In this document: positions 29,111 through 39,361 of the stretch, in pieces
Numbering within the stretch: the first letter of the stretch is position 1
How the letters are laid out: each line of letters begins with the position of its first letter
NCBI GenBank assembly: GCA_014729085.1
Contig: WJKM01000019.1
Span: 836-64,835 of the forward strand
DNA length: 64,000 nt
Origin: Candidatus Dojkabacteria bacterium
GTDB taxonomy: Bacteria; Patescibacteriota; Dojkabacteria; B142; WJKM01
Reading direction: 5' to 3'
The notes under the pieces: model-generated
Told to the model about the DNA's origin: nothing
The model's database searches: none
Seen by the model: the letters and a program-made list of their open reading frames with translations, nothing else
Translations under genes and position numbers: made by a program

Positions 29111-29704
29111 ATGCAAAATAATGTATTTGAAGAAACGCCTACAATTGTGGTCTTTGCAGGAACTCACTATGGAAATGACAGCGGATTCCAATATTTAGCA
29201 TACGAAACCGGCAAACTCATTGCTGAATCTGGTTTTAATTTGGCAAATGGAGCAGGACTCGGGCTTATGGAAGAGGTAAGTAAAGGAGCAAAAGATGCAG
29301 GAGGTAGGGTTTTTGGAGTTGGACTCAAGGGTCAATCTCCCAATCAATACCTCGATGTATATCACGAAAGAGTTGGTATTCACTCAAGACAAAGTTACCT
29401 CTTCAGTAGGGGAGATGCCTTTATTGCTCTACCCGGTGGTATGGGAACGCTTTATGAAACAATCGAAACCGCTGAACTCAAAAAACTCTCCGAAGTTGAA
29501 CAGGAACCATTAATCATTATTAACTATAAAGGTTTTTATAATGATTTGAAATATCAATTAGAAAAAATGAGAAATAGTGGATTTATTGTACACGCACTCG
29601 ATCGATATATCGAATTTGTAGAGGAACCAACTGAAGCAATAAGAATAATTAAACAATTCTATAAAATGAATTCCAAACTTGAAAATAAGGCAAACTCCAA
29701 GTAA
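29111..29704 (+). CDS. LOG-family (TIGR00730) nucleotide 5'-monophosphate nucleosidase-like protein
   Basis: GAGLGLMEEV and PGGMGTLYE motifs of the LOG / lysine-decarboxylase-like family. Confidence 0.7.
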   Translation: MQNNVFEETPTIVVFAGTHYGNDSGFQYLAYETGKLIAESGFNLANGAGLGLMEEVSKGAKDAGGRVFGVGLKGQSPNQYLDVYHERVGIHSRQSYLFSRGDAFIALPGGMGTLYETIETAELKKLSEVEQEPLIIINYKGFYNDLKYQLEKMRNSGFIVHALDRYIEFVEEPTEAIRIIKQFYKMNSKLENKANSK

Positions 29705-29710
29705 TTAATA

Positions 29711-30061
29711 CTATTCAAGAGGACGGCCTTCTAAATGAGATATAAATTCCATTATTCTTAACTTTGCTTCTGATATGATTTCTGCTTTATCAGATGAACG
29801 GAAATTTATTTCATATTTTCCCGGAATTGTATTTTCATAAAAATAGACAATGATACCGAAATAGTCTAATTCGGTTCCTTTAAGCTCTTCATAGCTTTTA
29901 CCAAACTCTTCTTCAACATTTCGGATAGTTAAATCATCAAATTCTGCGGTTATATTTACCAGAACTGTATCGTCTACTTTCTTTTCATTATTGTTATTAT
30001 TCTCGTTTTCTGGTATATAATTTGTTTCGGCAGGGGAAATACCAACCATATCTGCATGCAA
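29711..30061 (-). CDS. Hypothetical protein
   Basis: 116-aa ORF convergent with the LOG gene; no motif. Confidence 0.3.
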   Translation of the reverse strand: MHADMVGISPAETNYIPENENNNNNEKKVDDTVLVNITAEFDDLTIRNVEEEFGKSYEELKGTELDYFGIIVYFYENTIPGKYEINFRSSDKAEIISEAKLRIMEFISHLEGRPLE

Positions 30062-30110
30062 TATTTAAAATACTGAGAGTAAATTAATTGTATTATACTA
30101 ATTGTCATAA

Positions 30111-31202
30111 ATGAAAGAAAATTATTTAAACCAAATTTCAAAACCCATAATAGGACTTGCACCAATGGATGGAGTTACTGATGCTCCATTTAGGTATATT
30201 CATTCAAAATATGGGAATCCTCCTCCAGATATAATTTACACTGAATTTGTTTCAACTGAAGGCATAATAAGAGGAATTGAAAGATTATTTGAGAAATTAA
30301 TTTGGCATGATTTTAAAATACCAATTATTGCTCAGATTTTTGGAAATCGACCACAAGCGTTTTTTGAAGCAGCCCAAATTATTTGTGAATTTGGTTTTGC
30401 AGGAGTAGATATCAATATGGGATGCCCAGCAAGAAACATTGCTAAAAAAGGAGGAGGAGCAAGCTTAATTTCAACACCCAAATTAGCTAAAAGCATAGTT
30501 GAATATACAAACCAAGGAATTGAATATTGGGTGGAAAACGGCTTGACTCCAAATGGAGACTTTTTAGATCAGAAAGTGGTAGACAAGGTAAATAGATTTA
30601 TTGAAGACAAAAAGTTAAAGAAAAATATACCCAGAAAAAAAATACCTGTATCAATAAAAACACGTATAGGAATAAAAGAACCAATAACAGAAAACTGGAC
30701 CCAACAATTAATAAAAATGGAACCTTCGGTAATTTCTATGCATGGTAGAACATTAAAGCAAGCATATAAAGGTGAGGCAGATTGGCAAGAATTAGCTAAG
30801 GCTTCTAGATTAATTAATAATAATTCCGGTATTTTATTTTTTGCAAATGGGGATGTTACTAATCCTGATTCAGCAAAAAAATGTTTAGAGGTAACAAATG
30901 CGGATGGACTTTTAATTGGAAGAGCTGCCTATGGCAATCCATGGATTATTGGTAATATTATCAATTCACTGAGAGGCAAGAAAACTGCACAAAGATCTCA
31001 GCAATCTTTGAAAAAAGTAATGATTGAACATGCTCAAGTATATAACCAAACAAAAAGTCCGAAAAGTTTTTATGAAATGAGGAAACATCTTGCCTGGTAT
31101 ATTAAGAATAAACCAAATGCTTCTCAATTGAGATCTGCTCTTGTTAAGGTGAACAACATAAATGATTTAGAACAGATAATCAATAAATTTCAAATTTCAT
31201 AA
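30111..31202 (+). CDS. tRNA-dihydrouridine synthase
   Basis: GLAPMDGVTDAPFRYI N-terminus; DINMGCP (catalytic Cys) and MHGRT motifs. Confidence 0.85.
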   Translation: MKENYLNQISKPIIGLAPMDGVTDAPFRYIHSKYGNPPPDIIYTEFVSTEGIIRGIERLFEKLIWHDFKIPIIAQIFGNRPQAFFEAAQIICEFGFAGVDINMGCPARNIAKKGGGASLISTPKLAKSIVEYTNQGIEYWVENGLTPNGDFLDQKVVDKVNRFIEDKKLKKNIPRKKIPVSIKTRIGIKEPITENWTQQLIKMEPSVISMHGRTLKQAYKGEADWQELAKASRLINNNSGILFFANGDVTNPDSAKKCLEVTNADGLLIGRAAYGNPWIIGNIINSLRGKKTAQRSQQSLKKVMIEHAQVYNQTKSPKSFYEMRKHLAWYIKNKPNASQLRSALVKVNNINDLEQIINKFQIS

Positions 31203-31282
31203 TTTTACTCTTGACAGAGAACGATTCTATCTATTAATCTACAGAAGAAAAAGCTATTACCTTAACATTTTAATCTTGAAAC

Positions 31283-31432
31283 ATGGATGACGACGGATGG
31301 GCATATGATGCAGAAGACGCACAATTTGAAAAAGATTACAATGAATATATCAATGATGAAGATGATGAAGGTTATAATGACTATGTAGATGATTATGTAA
31401 AAAACGGGGAATCAATCAGAATAGATGATTAA
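31283..31432 (+). CDS. Possible small, highly acidic protein (49 aa, D/E/Y-rich)
   Basis: MDDDGWAYDAEDAQFEKDYNEYINDEDDEGYNDYVDDYVKNGESIRIDD. Below the track threshold, in the intergenic gap between dus and tig. Confidence 0.25.
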   Translation: MDDDGWAYDAEDAQFEKDYNEYINDEDDEGYNDYVDDYVKNGESIRIDD

Positions 31433-31535
31433 TTAAATCTTCTTTATACATATTCCATTTATTTGGTTATAATACGAAGTATTTTCTTGTTATTTTATTT
31501 ACTCAAAGACAAATTTTATTTTTTTAAATATATTA

Positions 31536-32567
31536 ATGGATAATAAACAATACAATTATAAACATGAAACTGACTCTGACTCTGTCACTAAAATTGAGGT
31601 TAAAATTGATAAAAACCTCTTTAATAAAGAAAAAACAAAAACCTTACAAGTTCTAGCAAAAGATGTTGATCTCAAAGGATTCAGACCTGGTAAAGCACCA
31701 CAGAATGTAATTGAAACAAAGCTAGGTCCTAAGTTATATGAAGAAACCTTGAATAATATACTTCCTCAAGTTACATATGAAATCATCACAGAACTAGAGA
31801 TGGAGCCAATATCACGAGTAGATTACAAAGTAACAAAATATGAACCGGAAACAGGATTAGAATTCGAGGCTTCCTTCACCGCATTTCCGGAAATCAAAAT
31901 AGGAAACTTAAAGAAAATTAAAGTTGAAAAAGAGGAGACCAAAATTACATCAGAAGATATCCAAAAGGTTATTGACAACATGTTTAAAGATTATCAAGAA
32001 AAAAATGAGAAACAGAAAGATAAAATTTCAAAACCTAATGACGAATGGGTAAAAAAATTAGGTATGGAGAATATTAATAATTTAGAAGAATTAAAAGAAC
32101 AGATTAAACTCACTTTAGAAAACCAAAGAAAGGTATTGAATCAAGAAAAATATACAAAACAAATACTTGAAAAAGCAATTGAACTAAGTAATATCAAAGC
32201 ACCTAAACAACTAGTCGACGCAGAATTGGATCTTAGAGAAAAAGATTACTCTAAAAGAATTGAGGATCTAGGACTAAAGATTGAAGATTTTCTAAAAAGT
32301 CAAAATACTACAATGGAAAAATTAAAAAAAGATTGGAGAGAAGAAACTGAAAATAAAATCAAGATCGAATTACTTCTTATTCAAGCCATTAAAGATAACA
32401 AATTTAAAGTTTCAGAAGAAGAAGTGGAAAAGGAATTGGATAAAATCAAAGATCAGAACTTAAAAAAGGAATATTCAACAAAACAAGGAAAACAAAAGAT
32501 ACAAAGTACAATCTTGAAACAAAAAGCTTTAAATTGGATAATCAACCAATCTGAAGAGAAGAAGTAG
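31536..32567 (+). CDS. tig: Trigger factor lacking the central FKBP/PPIase domain
   Basis: Ribosome-binding signature GFRPGKAPQNVIE in the N-domain, followed directly by a helical, K/E-rich C-terminal arm region. No Gly-rich FKBP segment; 343 aa versus ~430 typical. Confidence 0.65.
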   Translation: MDNKQYNYKHETDSDSVTKIEVKIDKNLFNKEKTKTLQVLAKDVDLKGFRPGKAPQNVIETKLGPKLYEETLNNILPQVTYEIITELEMEPISRVDYKVTKYEPETGLEFEASFTAFPEIKIGNLKKIKVEKEETKITSEDIQKVIDNMFKDYQEKNEKQKDKISKPNDEWVKKLGMENINNLEELKEQIKLTLENQRKVLNQEKYTKQILEKAIELSNIKAPKQLVDAELDLREKDYSKRIEDLGLKIEDFLKSQNTTMEKLKKDWREETENKIKIELLLIQAIKDNKFKVSEEEVEKELDKIKDQNLKKEYSTKQGKQKIQSTILKQKALNWIINQSEEKK

Positions 32568-32595
32568 GATCATTATATTTGATTGATTAAGCAAA

Positions 32596-33717
32596 TTGAG
32601 AATTTCATTTCTTAAACTTACCAACTTTAAAAATATAAGTGGGGAATTTTCTCTATCTCCGTCAATAAATCTGGTTATAGGCAAAAATGGGACGGGCAAA
32701 ACAAATTTTTTAGAATCTATTTATTATCTCTCTCGTACCCAATCATTTAGAAATAACAACGATAGAACCCTGATTCAGAGGGATACAAAGATTAATTATT
32801 GCAAAGTAGAAGCAAAAGTAGAAAAAACTGATTCTTCTATGCTTACTGAAGAAAAAAAACTTACTTATATAATTGCCGACGATATTGGAATATTAAAGAA
32901 AAAATTTTTAATTAGTGGTGTAAAAAAAACCACATCTGAATTTATTAACTATATTCCCTGCATCTTGTTCCTTCCTCAAAATATTGACCTAATTAGTGGC
33001 TCACCTGATGGAAGGCGGAGGGAAATCGACGACTTTCTTTCAATTATATATCCAGATTTCAGTGATATTGAACTAGAGTATAGAAAGATACTAAAAAATC
33101 GTAACAAACTACTAAAACAGATAAGGAAAGGAAGTGCCAAAAAAAATGAACTCGAATATTGGAATGAAGGTTTGATTCAAAAGGGATCAAAAATTATTTC
33201 TTTAAGACTGAAGACTTTACAGGCTTTTCTTCCAAATGTAAAAACATTTGCAGAAAAGCTTTTTAGAACTGATCTTCAAGATTTAAAATTTAGATATAAA
33301 TCAAAATTAGCAAGTAATGAAAAAACCACCCTTGAAGATATAAGCAATACTTTCGAGTATAAAATTAATAATGGACAAATCAAAGAAATAAATGCAGGGA
33401 TGACACTTTACGGCCCCCAACGAGATGATATTGATTTCTTAAATAAACATGGGAGTCTTTCTGAATTTGCATCCCGAGGTGAACAAAGGCTTGTTTCCTT
33501 TATTTTCAAACTTGTAATGTTTGAATTCTATAAAAATAAACATGAAACCAATCCAATCTTACTACTTGATGATATTATGTCCGAACTTGATCAAAACCAT
33601 AGGAAAAAAGTAGAAGAAACACTGAAGAATCTAGATACTCAGGTGATCGCAACGAGTACCACTAAAGAAGATTTTACACAAAAGTTTTTAGGAACTGCCA
33701 ACACCCTGATTTTTTGA
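32596..33717 (+). CDS. recF: DNA replication and repair protein RecF
   Basis: MRISFLKLTNFKNI...LVIGKNGTGKTNFLESIYYLS Walker A; C-terminal LLLDDIMSELD (Walker B/D-loop). Confidence 0.85.
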   Translation: MRISFLKLTNFKNISGEFSLSPSINLVIGKNGTGKTNFLESIYYLSRTQSFRNNNDRTLIQRDTKINYCKVEAKVEKTDSSMLTEEKKLTYIIADDIGILKKKFLISGVKKTTSEFINYIPCILFLPQNIDLISGSPDGRRREIDDFLSIIYPDFSDIELEYRKILKNRNKLLKQIRKGSAKKNELEYWNEGLIQKGSKIISLRLKTLQAFLPNVKTFAEKLFRTDLQDLKFRYKSKLASNEKTTLEDISNTFEYKINNGQIKEINAGMTLYGPQRDDIDFLNKHGSLSEFASRGEQRLVSFIFKLVMFEFYKNKHETNPILLLDDIMSELDQNHRKKVEETLKNLDTQVIATSTTKEDFTQKFLGTANTLIF

Positions 33718-34083
33718 ATCCTTTGTGTTTTTTACTTTCAAATCCGGAAACATTTTCCCAAATATAATGTCTTCGTCTAGAAAGTTAAAGAAGTCAATAG
33801 CATCATCTTTACTTATAGGAGGCATATTTGCAAATTTTTCTACTTCCTTTGCATCTTTTAAATCAAGTACAAGTGGCATCCTTTGACTCCCTACCCCAAC
33901 ATTATTTGTAAAAGCATTAATTACATATGTATTTCCGCATTTCGAGCAGTTCAAATGAATCAATGCTGAATTATCAGCAGCCTTCAAAATCTTAAAACTA
34001 TCTGGCGTATATCTCTGTCCACAGTTATCACAGAATTTTGGTGTTACCTTTCTTATATTTTTTAACAATTGCTTGTCTGACAT
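33688..34083 (-). CDS. Zinc-ribbon-containing hypothetical protein
   Basis: CDNCGQRY...CSKCGNTY two CxxC pairs. Convergent 30-nt overlap with the recF end. Confidence 0.45.
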   Translation of the reverse strand: MSDKQLLKNIRKVTPKFCDNCGQRYTPDSFKILKAADNSALIHLNCSKCGNTYVINAFTNNVGVGSQRMPLVLDLKDAKEVEKFANMPPISKDDAIDFFNFLDEDIIFGKMFPDLKVKNTKDSKNQGVGSS

Positions 34084-34199
34084 TTATATAATATTCATTA
34101 AGTTATCTAATCTTATTATAAACTAATTTAACGATTCGTCAAAACTTTTCAAATATAATAACGCGGAAAATCTATACGTATCATATGGGGATCACTACT

Positions 34200-34568
34200 T
34201 TACTTGTTATTGATTGCATTTTGAACTGTAAGAAGACCTAAATGAGCGCATTTTTTACGCGAAGGTGAAAGTTCTATACCAATCAATTTCTCTACATTCG
34301 ATATATCTAGTTTACTTATATAATCCAATGTTTTTCCTTTTATATCCTCAAATGTCATGGAGGCGCTGGCAAGACATATTGCACATCCTTTTCCCTGAAA
34401 TTTAATATCCGACAATTTATCATCTTTAACCCTTAGATATACCTTTATCTCGTCCCCACATGAAATATTCTCCAGTTCAGATGTGTGCGTAGGATTATCC
34501 ATCTCTCCTTCATTTCGTGGGTTTTTATAATGGTCAAGCATTTGCTGTCTATACATTTGGTTGGACAT
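34200..34568 (-). CDS. sufU: Fe-S cluster assembly scaffold SufU/IscU-like
   Basis: HYKNPRN, ISCGDEI and GKGCAICLASAS conserved Cys sites. Confidence 0.8.
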   Translation of the reverse strand: MSNQMYRQQMLDHYKNPRNEGEMDNPTHTSELENISCGDEIKVYLRVKDDKLSDIKFQGKGCAICLASASMTFEDIKGKTLDYISKLDISNVEKLIGIELSPSRKKCAHLGLLTVQNAINNK

Positions 34569-34645
34569 GGTTTATATTGTTTAAAATTGTTTAAATCTAC
34601 TTAATCGTCTTGGTCTGCAAGAATCTGTGACTATTATTCTCAATT

Positions 34646-35863
34646 TTATTTAAAAATACCTATCACTTTTTTCAAAGCTCTAATAAGTTTATCTATATCA
34701 TCCTCATCATTATATATACCAATACTAGCTCTAGTAGTCGCTTGTACATCCAAGACACTTTTCATTAAAACTTGACAACAATGATGTCCTGCTCTCACAG
34801 CAACTCCCTCATCTGCCAATATTTGAGCAATATCATGAGAATGAACGCCTTCCAGATCAAAAGAAAAGACTCCCTGTCTGTTTTTTAAAATATCTGGCCC
34901 AAACAGAGTTAGTTCTGGAATTTCCTTCAGACGAGCATATGCATATTCCTTTATTTCATTTTCATGTTTGATTATTTTTTTATATCCAACTTCTGACACA
35001 TATTTCAAAGCTTCTCCTAATCCAATAGCATCAGCAATATTTGGTGTACCGGCTTCATATTTCTCTGGAATTTCGGCCCAAATGGAATCATCGGAATTTA
35101 CAACCCGAATCATACCGCCACCATATCTAAATGGGATCATTTCCTTTACCAAAATCTCCTCTTTAGCCCAAAGAACTCCAATACCAGTTGGACCATATAC
35201 TTTATGTCCTGAAAAAGCTACAAAGTCAACTCCCAGATCCTGAACATCTACAGGTAAATGAGGGATTCCTTGTGCTGAGTCTAGTAAAATCCTTGTATCT
35301 GGAGAATGCTTTTTCACAATCTCTATAATCTTTTTTACAGGATTAATAGTACCTAAAACATTGGAGACATGTGTGAAAGAAAAAAGAATTGGCTTGAATT
35401 TTTTAATTTTATTTTGAATATCTGACAAATCAAGTTTAAAATTATCCCTAACCTTGATTAAATCAAAATTTACATCTGTCCGCATTTTACAAATCTGCTG
35501 CCACGGTACTAAATTTGAATGGTGTTCCATTTGAGTTGACAAAACCGTATCACCTTTTGTTACATTTCGTAACAACCATGAATAAGCTACAAAATTGATT
35601 GAATCCGTAGTGCCTCCTGTGAAAATAATTTCCTTTTCAGAGTTTGCATTTATAAATTCTTTTACAATATTCCTTGTTTTTTCATATTCTTGAGTAGCAT
35701 TTTCTGAAAGTTCATATATGCCTCTGTGAACATTAGCATTTTCATATTCATAGTATTTTTTTAGTCTATCGATTACACTTTGTGGCTTTTGGGAAGTTGC
35801 TCCTGAGTCAAGATATACTAAATTGGGATTATTCTTAAAAATAGGGAAATCCTTTTTGTTCAT
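34646..35863 (-). CDS. sufS: Cysteine desulfurase SufS (class V aminotransferase)
   Basis: HRGIYELS, FSGHKVYGPTGIGVLW (PLP Lys) and RAGHHC (active-site Cys). Confidence 0.85.
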   Translation of the reverse strand: MNKKDFPIFKNNPNLVYLDSGATSQKPQSVIDRLKKYYEYENANVHRGIYELSENATQEYEKTRNIVKEFINANSEKEIIFTGGTTDSINFVAYSWLLRNVTKGDTVLSTQMEHHSNLVPWQQICKMRTDVNFDLIKVRDNFKLDLSDIQNKIKKFKPILFSFTHVSNVLGTINPVKKIIEIVKKHSPDTRILLDSAQGIPHLPVDVQDLGVDFVAFSGHKVYGPTGIGVLWAKEEILVKEMIPFRYGGGMIRVVNSDDSIWAEIPEKYEAGTPNIADAIGLGEALKYVSEVGYKKIIKHENEIKEYAYARLKEIPELTLFGPDILKNRQGVFSFDLEGVHSHDIAQILADEGVAVRAGHHCCQVLMKSVLDVQATTRASIGIYNDEDDIDKLIRALKKVIGIFK

Positions 35864-36029
35864 TACAATAATTTAATAAGTATTGATATGGAGAAAATTT
35901 ATAAATTATATTCTTATACTATCTAAGTTTAATCCGGGATCTCACTCCTATGAACAAAACCCCTGCTTCCTAGAAAGACATAAGAGAAATGTAATAATTT
36001 TACAATTTTCCTGATCCAGTATAATCTTA

Positions 36030-36536
36030 TCACAATTCAATTTTTTCCAATTCTTTCTCAAATCCGATTGGAACATAGCCTTCAAACTTTTTCTCAATAT
36101 CTTTAATAAAACCTGAAGCTATTACTTTTTCAGCCTTCTTCTTTGAAAAACCTCTTGACTCAAGATAAAAAAGCTGTTCAGGGTCAACGGAACCGATAGT
36201 TGTGCTATGCGAAGCTTTTATGTCATCTTCATGTATTTCCATACTTGGAAGTACTTTTGCAGACGAATTCTTAGAAACTAGCAATACTTCAATTTTCAAG
36301 TCAGTTTTAATATTCTTTATCCCTTTGTCTACTTTTACCAGGCAATCTAAATCCAATGAGGATTGGTCGAAAAGGACAGCTTTAATCAAAATCATAGATT
36401 CTTCTTTAGGCTCGGTTAACTCGAATTTTAATTTGGATTTTATTGATTTATTGTTAAATCCAATAAAATAAGCAAAATAGTTACCTGAACTAATTTTAAT
36501 TGTCTGGTCTTTTATTTCAAATTTTTTTACTTTCAT
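36030..36536 (-). CDS. Truncated SufD-like protein (SufB/SufD C-terminal domain only)
   Basis: C-terminal EQLFYLESRGFSKKKAEKVIASGFI parallels the SufB motif [25 protein letters not shown] in this window. Only 168 aa. Confidence 0.55.
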   Translation of the reverse strand: MKVKKFEIKDQTIKISSGNYFAYFIGFNNKSIKSKLKFELTEPKEESMILIKAVLFDQSSLDLDCLVKVDKGIKNIKTDLKIEVLLVSKNSSAKVLPSMEIHEDDIKASHSTTIGSVDPEQLFYLESRGFSKKKAEKVIASGFIKDIEKKFEGYVPIGFEKELEKIEL

Positions 36537-36602
36537 ACTTAATTATAATTCATTTATTCATAACGGGAAAATATTCTAGATAGAAGCAATATGGAGAATT
36601 TT

Positions 36603-37346
36603 TCAGACTTCGTGTCCTAAACTCCAAAGAAAATTAAAGAGGTTATCATAAGTTTCTGCAAATTCTGAACTTACGATTTTAATTATAAATTTTGAACTTC
36701 CCCTAGGTGTAATCCAAACAGTTTTGCCATAATTGAAAAGTCCAGAAACCAATGGTTTCATACCTTTTAAGTATTTTACTTCTCTTAGGAATTTTTTATT
36801 GTTATGTTTTGTATATCTGTCTCCCAAATCAAGAATCCCCTCTGAGCTTATTATTTGATTTCTAATTCCCTTATCTCGTCTTCTTTTCTGATAACCATCT
36901 ATACGATTCCCATAACTTTCATGTGTAGTACTCATATCCCCTATGTATCTTGTTAATCTGTTTGTGTTATTGATTAAGGATTCTTCATGTAGCTTATAAA
37001 TTCCCTCTTTGTGTTCAAAAAAAATTACTTGAGAATCTGAGCTTTCCTTTTTGTAAATTTCCTGGAGGCTGTTTACTAAATTCTTGCAAGATTGTAATTT
37101 TTTTTCTTGAATATCTATTATCGTATTCGGAGGCTCTGCAAAATAAGTAGGCTTTCCTTTATCGAAACCCTTTCTTACTAAGCCAAGCTCACATAAACTA
37201 TTCAAATGCCCGTAAACTGTTGTTCTTGGTATTTCTACCTCCTCTGCAATAATTTGGGCACGTCCTTTTCCAAGTTCTAGAATTTTCAAGTACGTGTTGA
37301 TTTCATTCGTATTTACCCCAAAATCTAATAATAATTTTTTTATCAT
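36603..37346 (-). CDS. TrmB-like transcriptional regulator (second copy)
   Basis: N-terminal wHTH INTYLKILELGKGRAQIIAEEVEIPRTTVYGHLNSLCELGLVRK. Confidence 0.55.
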   Translation of the reverse strand: MIKKLLLDFGVNTNEINTYLKILELGKGRAQIIAEEVEIPRTTVYGHLNSLCELGLVRKGFDKGKPTYFAEPPNTIIDIQEKKLQSCKNLVNSLQEIYKKESSDSQVIFFEHKEGIYKLHEESLINNTNRLTRYIGDMSTTHESYGNRIDGYQKRRRDKGIRNQIISSEGILDLGDRYTKHNNKKFLREVKYLKGMKPLVSGLFNYGKTVWITPRGSSKFIIKIVSSEFAETYDNLFNFLWSLGHEV

Positions 37347-37500
37347 GTGGAAAAATTTCGTCTAAAATAATCTCGAATGGGCTTATTAGACGTCAATTAT
37401 AACAGTATACTAAAATTTTGTCGACATTTTTAGATTTGGTTTATAAAAAATTATAAAATATCTTTCATCCTAGAATATATTTATTTCAAATAAAGAAAAC

Positions 37501-37725
37501 ATGAGAAATAAGCTATTAGACGATATCAAAACTATGAAAACAAGAATAAGTAATATATACAGAAAAACAAAAAATCTAGAAAATTTTAATAAATTAAATC
37601 ATAAGGAATTACAAGAAGTGATACTAGAAATAAAAACTCTACAAAGAGACGTATTTATGCTTAAAAGTCAATATGTTGAATATAGTCAACTAACACAAAA
37701 AATATCTGATAATAATATTAATTGA
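37501..37725 (+). CDS. Hypothetical small coiled-coil protein
   Basis: 74-aa K/E/L-rich ORF. Confidence 0.3.
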   Translation: MRNKLLDDIKTMKTRISNIYRKTKNLENFNKLNHKELQEVILEIKTLQRDVFMLKSQYVEYSQLTQKISDNNIN

Positions 37726-37846
37726 CTTAATTAAGAGTGATTTCCTTGTTTCATTATATTTATTCTAAAAATTAATAACTGTTAGTTTATCTGGAATAAA
37801 TATTTAAAAACATTCAAAACAATGTGGTATTTAGTACCACAGGCAA

Positions 37847-38113
37847 TTGACTTATAGTATACAAACTTTGTATAATATGTTTTTAATATTTTTAAATATG
37901 GAAGAATTAACTACACTTAACGGACTTAATCCAGCAAAAAGGGGTGAAGTTTTTGCTGATTTCGGAACAAGGGACAAAATACTTGAATTACTTGGATACC
38001 CACCCGGCTCTGTTGATGACCGAAAACTTTGGGTAAGGGTTGGAGATACACAGTTTCCTTTTTCTAACAAGCAAAGGGGACCTTTAATTGGTGGGCTGAT
38101 GGAAATTTTTTAG
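37847..38113 (+). CDS. Hypothetical protein; reading frame may continue in the +2 frame to ~38289
   Basis: The ORF ends at 38113, but an open +2-frame stretch (NWWADGNFLGTTYYEPEQATFLSPQQQKILRGADSEFWTDWLGPRLGALAAQ...) overlaps and continues to 38289. Confidence 0.3.
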   Translation: MTYSIQTLYNMFLIFLNMEELTTLNGLNPAKRGEVFADFGTRDKILELLGYPPGSVDDRKLWVRVGDTQFPFSNKQRGPLIGGLMEIF

Positions 38114-38406
38114 GAACTACATACTATGAACCCGAACAAGCAACATTCTTAAGCCCGCAACAACAAAAAATCTTAAGAGGAGCAGATTCAGAATTTTGGA
38201 CTGATTGGCTAGGACCTAGATTAGGTGCTTTGGCAGCTCAAACAAACTTTACAGATTTCATTATTGATTTTATACCAGGAGGTACTTAAAAGGATATCAA
38301 CAGAATGATAGTTTGTATTGTTAGAATTTTCCTGGATTAGCATATAGTCTCTTATGTTATTGTTTCTTTTTTCCTTATAAATATTGATTTACTACTAATA
38401 TGATTA

Positions 38407-38631
38407 ATGACTGAAAATTTACCAATTCAATGCCTACATCCAGATTTAGAATGTCCATTCCGAACTGAGATGGACAATGGGTATTGCCTTATTTCCGCTG
38501 CAAACAGAGGAGATTCTAAACATGGGAAAACTCCCCGAGCAAGAGAATTATGGTATACAATTGGCTATGGTGCCCCATGTACGCTTTTACCTCCCCAATG
38601 TAAACTTTCAACTCGCTTAACTCTAGATTAA
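38407..38631 (+). CDS. Hypothetical Cys-rich small protein (atypical composition)
   Basis: 74 aa with 6 Cys; no recognised family. Confidence 0.3.
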   Translation: MTENLPIQCLHPDLECPFRTEMDNGYCLISAANRGDSKHGKTPRARELWYTIGYGAPCTLLPPQCKLSTRLTLD

Positions 38632-38761
38632 GAATAGTTTGTACTCCAACACAATGACTTCAACTTTTATTTCTGATATAAATATCTCTAATAAGAGGCC
38701 TCAGGATATACTTGGTAAATCTACATTTACCTGCTATTACTTTATCTATTAAATTTAAATC

Positions 38762-39106
38762 ATGCGAGCAAATCAATATGCAATTGTTAAGGGGCGACTA
38801 ACATCAGATGCAGAGGTAAACACTTCAGATACCGGTAAATCTTATATTAGAGTCGGTCTTGCTGTTAACAATAAAAGGAAAAATAAAGAAGGAAAAGAAG
38901 AGGAAATTGCCACTTTCTACAATATTGTGTGTTTCGACAAAATGGCAGAAATTTATGGTAACCTTGAAAAAGGCGACTTTGTAAGAGCTGAGGGCAGACT
39001 GGAAGTCTCCCCCTATCTCAGCAGTAAAAAGAAAGAACCAAAAGTTGATTTAACAATTATTGCCAACGAAATCATGCGAAGCGACTATGTAGGTGGTGAA
39101 AAATAA
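38762..39106 (+). CDS. ssb: Single-stranded DNA-binding protein (OB fold), short form without an acidic tail
   Basis: MRANQYAIVKGRLTSDAEV...IRVGLAVNNKRK...FYNIVCFDKMAEI...GDFVRAEGRLEV, an SSB OB-fold pattern. Confidence 0.7.
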   Translation: MRANQYAIVKGRLTSDAEVNTSDTGKSYIRVGLAVNNKRKNKEGKEEEIATFYNIVCFDKMAEIYGNLEKGDFVRAEGRLEVSPYLSSKKKEPKVDLTIIANEIMRSDYVGGEK

Positions 39107-39120
39107 AATATTCATTATTA

Positions 39121-39147
39121 AGGGAGCAGGTTAAAGCCTGCTCCCTT
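39121..39147 (+). terminator. Terminator-like hairpin downstream of ssb (agggagcagg-ttaaa-gcctgctccct)
   Basis: 11-bp near-perfect stem 15 nt after the ssb stop. The downstream U-tract is weak. Confidence 0.45.
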
Positions 39148-39361
39148 ATAAATAAGCCTTAATGCAGATTATATAAAGAGCTCCTTAGGCTCAAATCTTC
39201 TGAAACTTATGTACACTCAATATAACTATAAGTCTACCAATAAATAAATATAGAGGGCTCACTAGTTAGATTCTCTCTCTATTTTTTAAATCGGAAAAAA
39301 TTTTAACAAAAACTCAATATATGCTATAATATTATCCTATATTATTCAATTTTTACTAATT

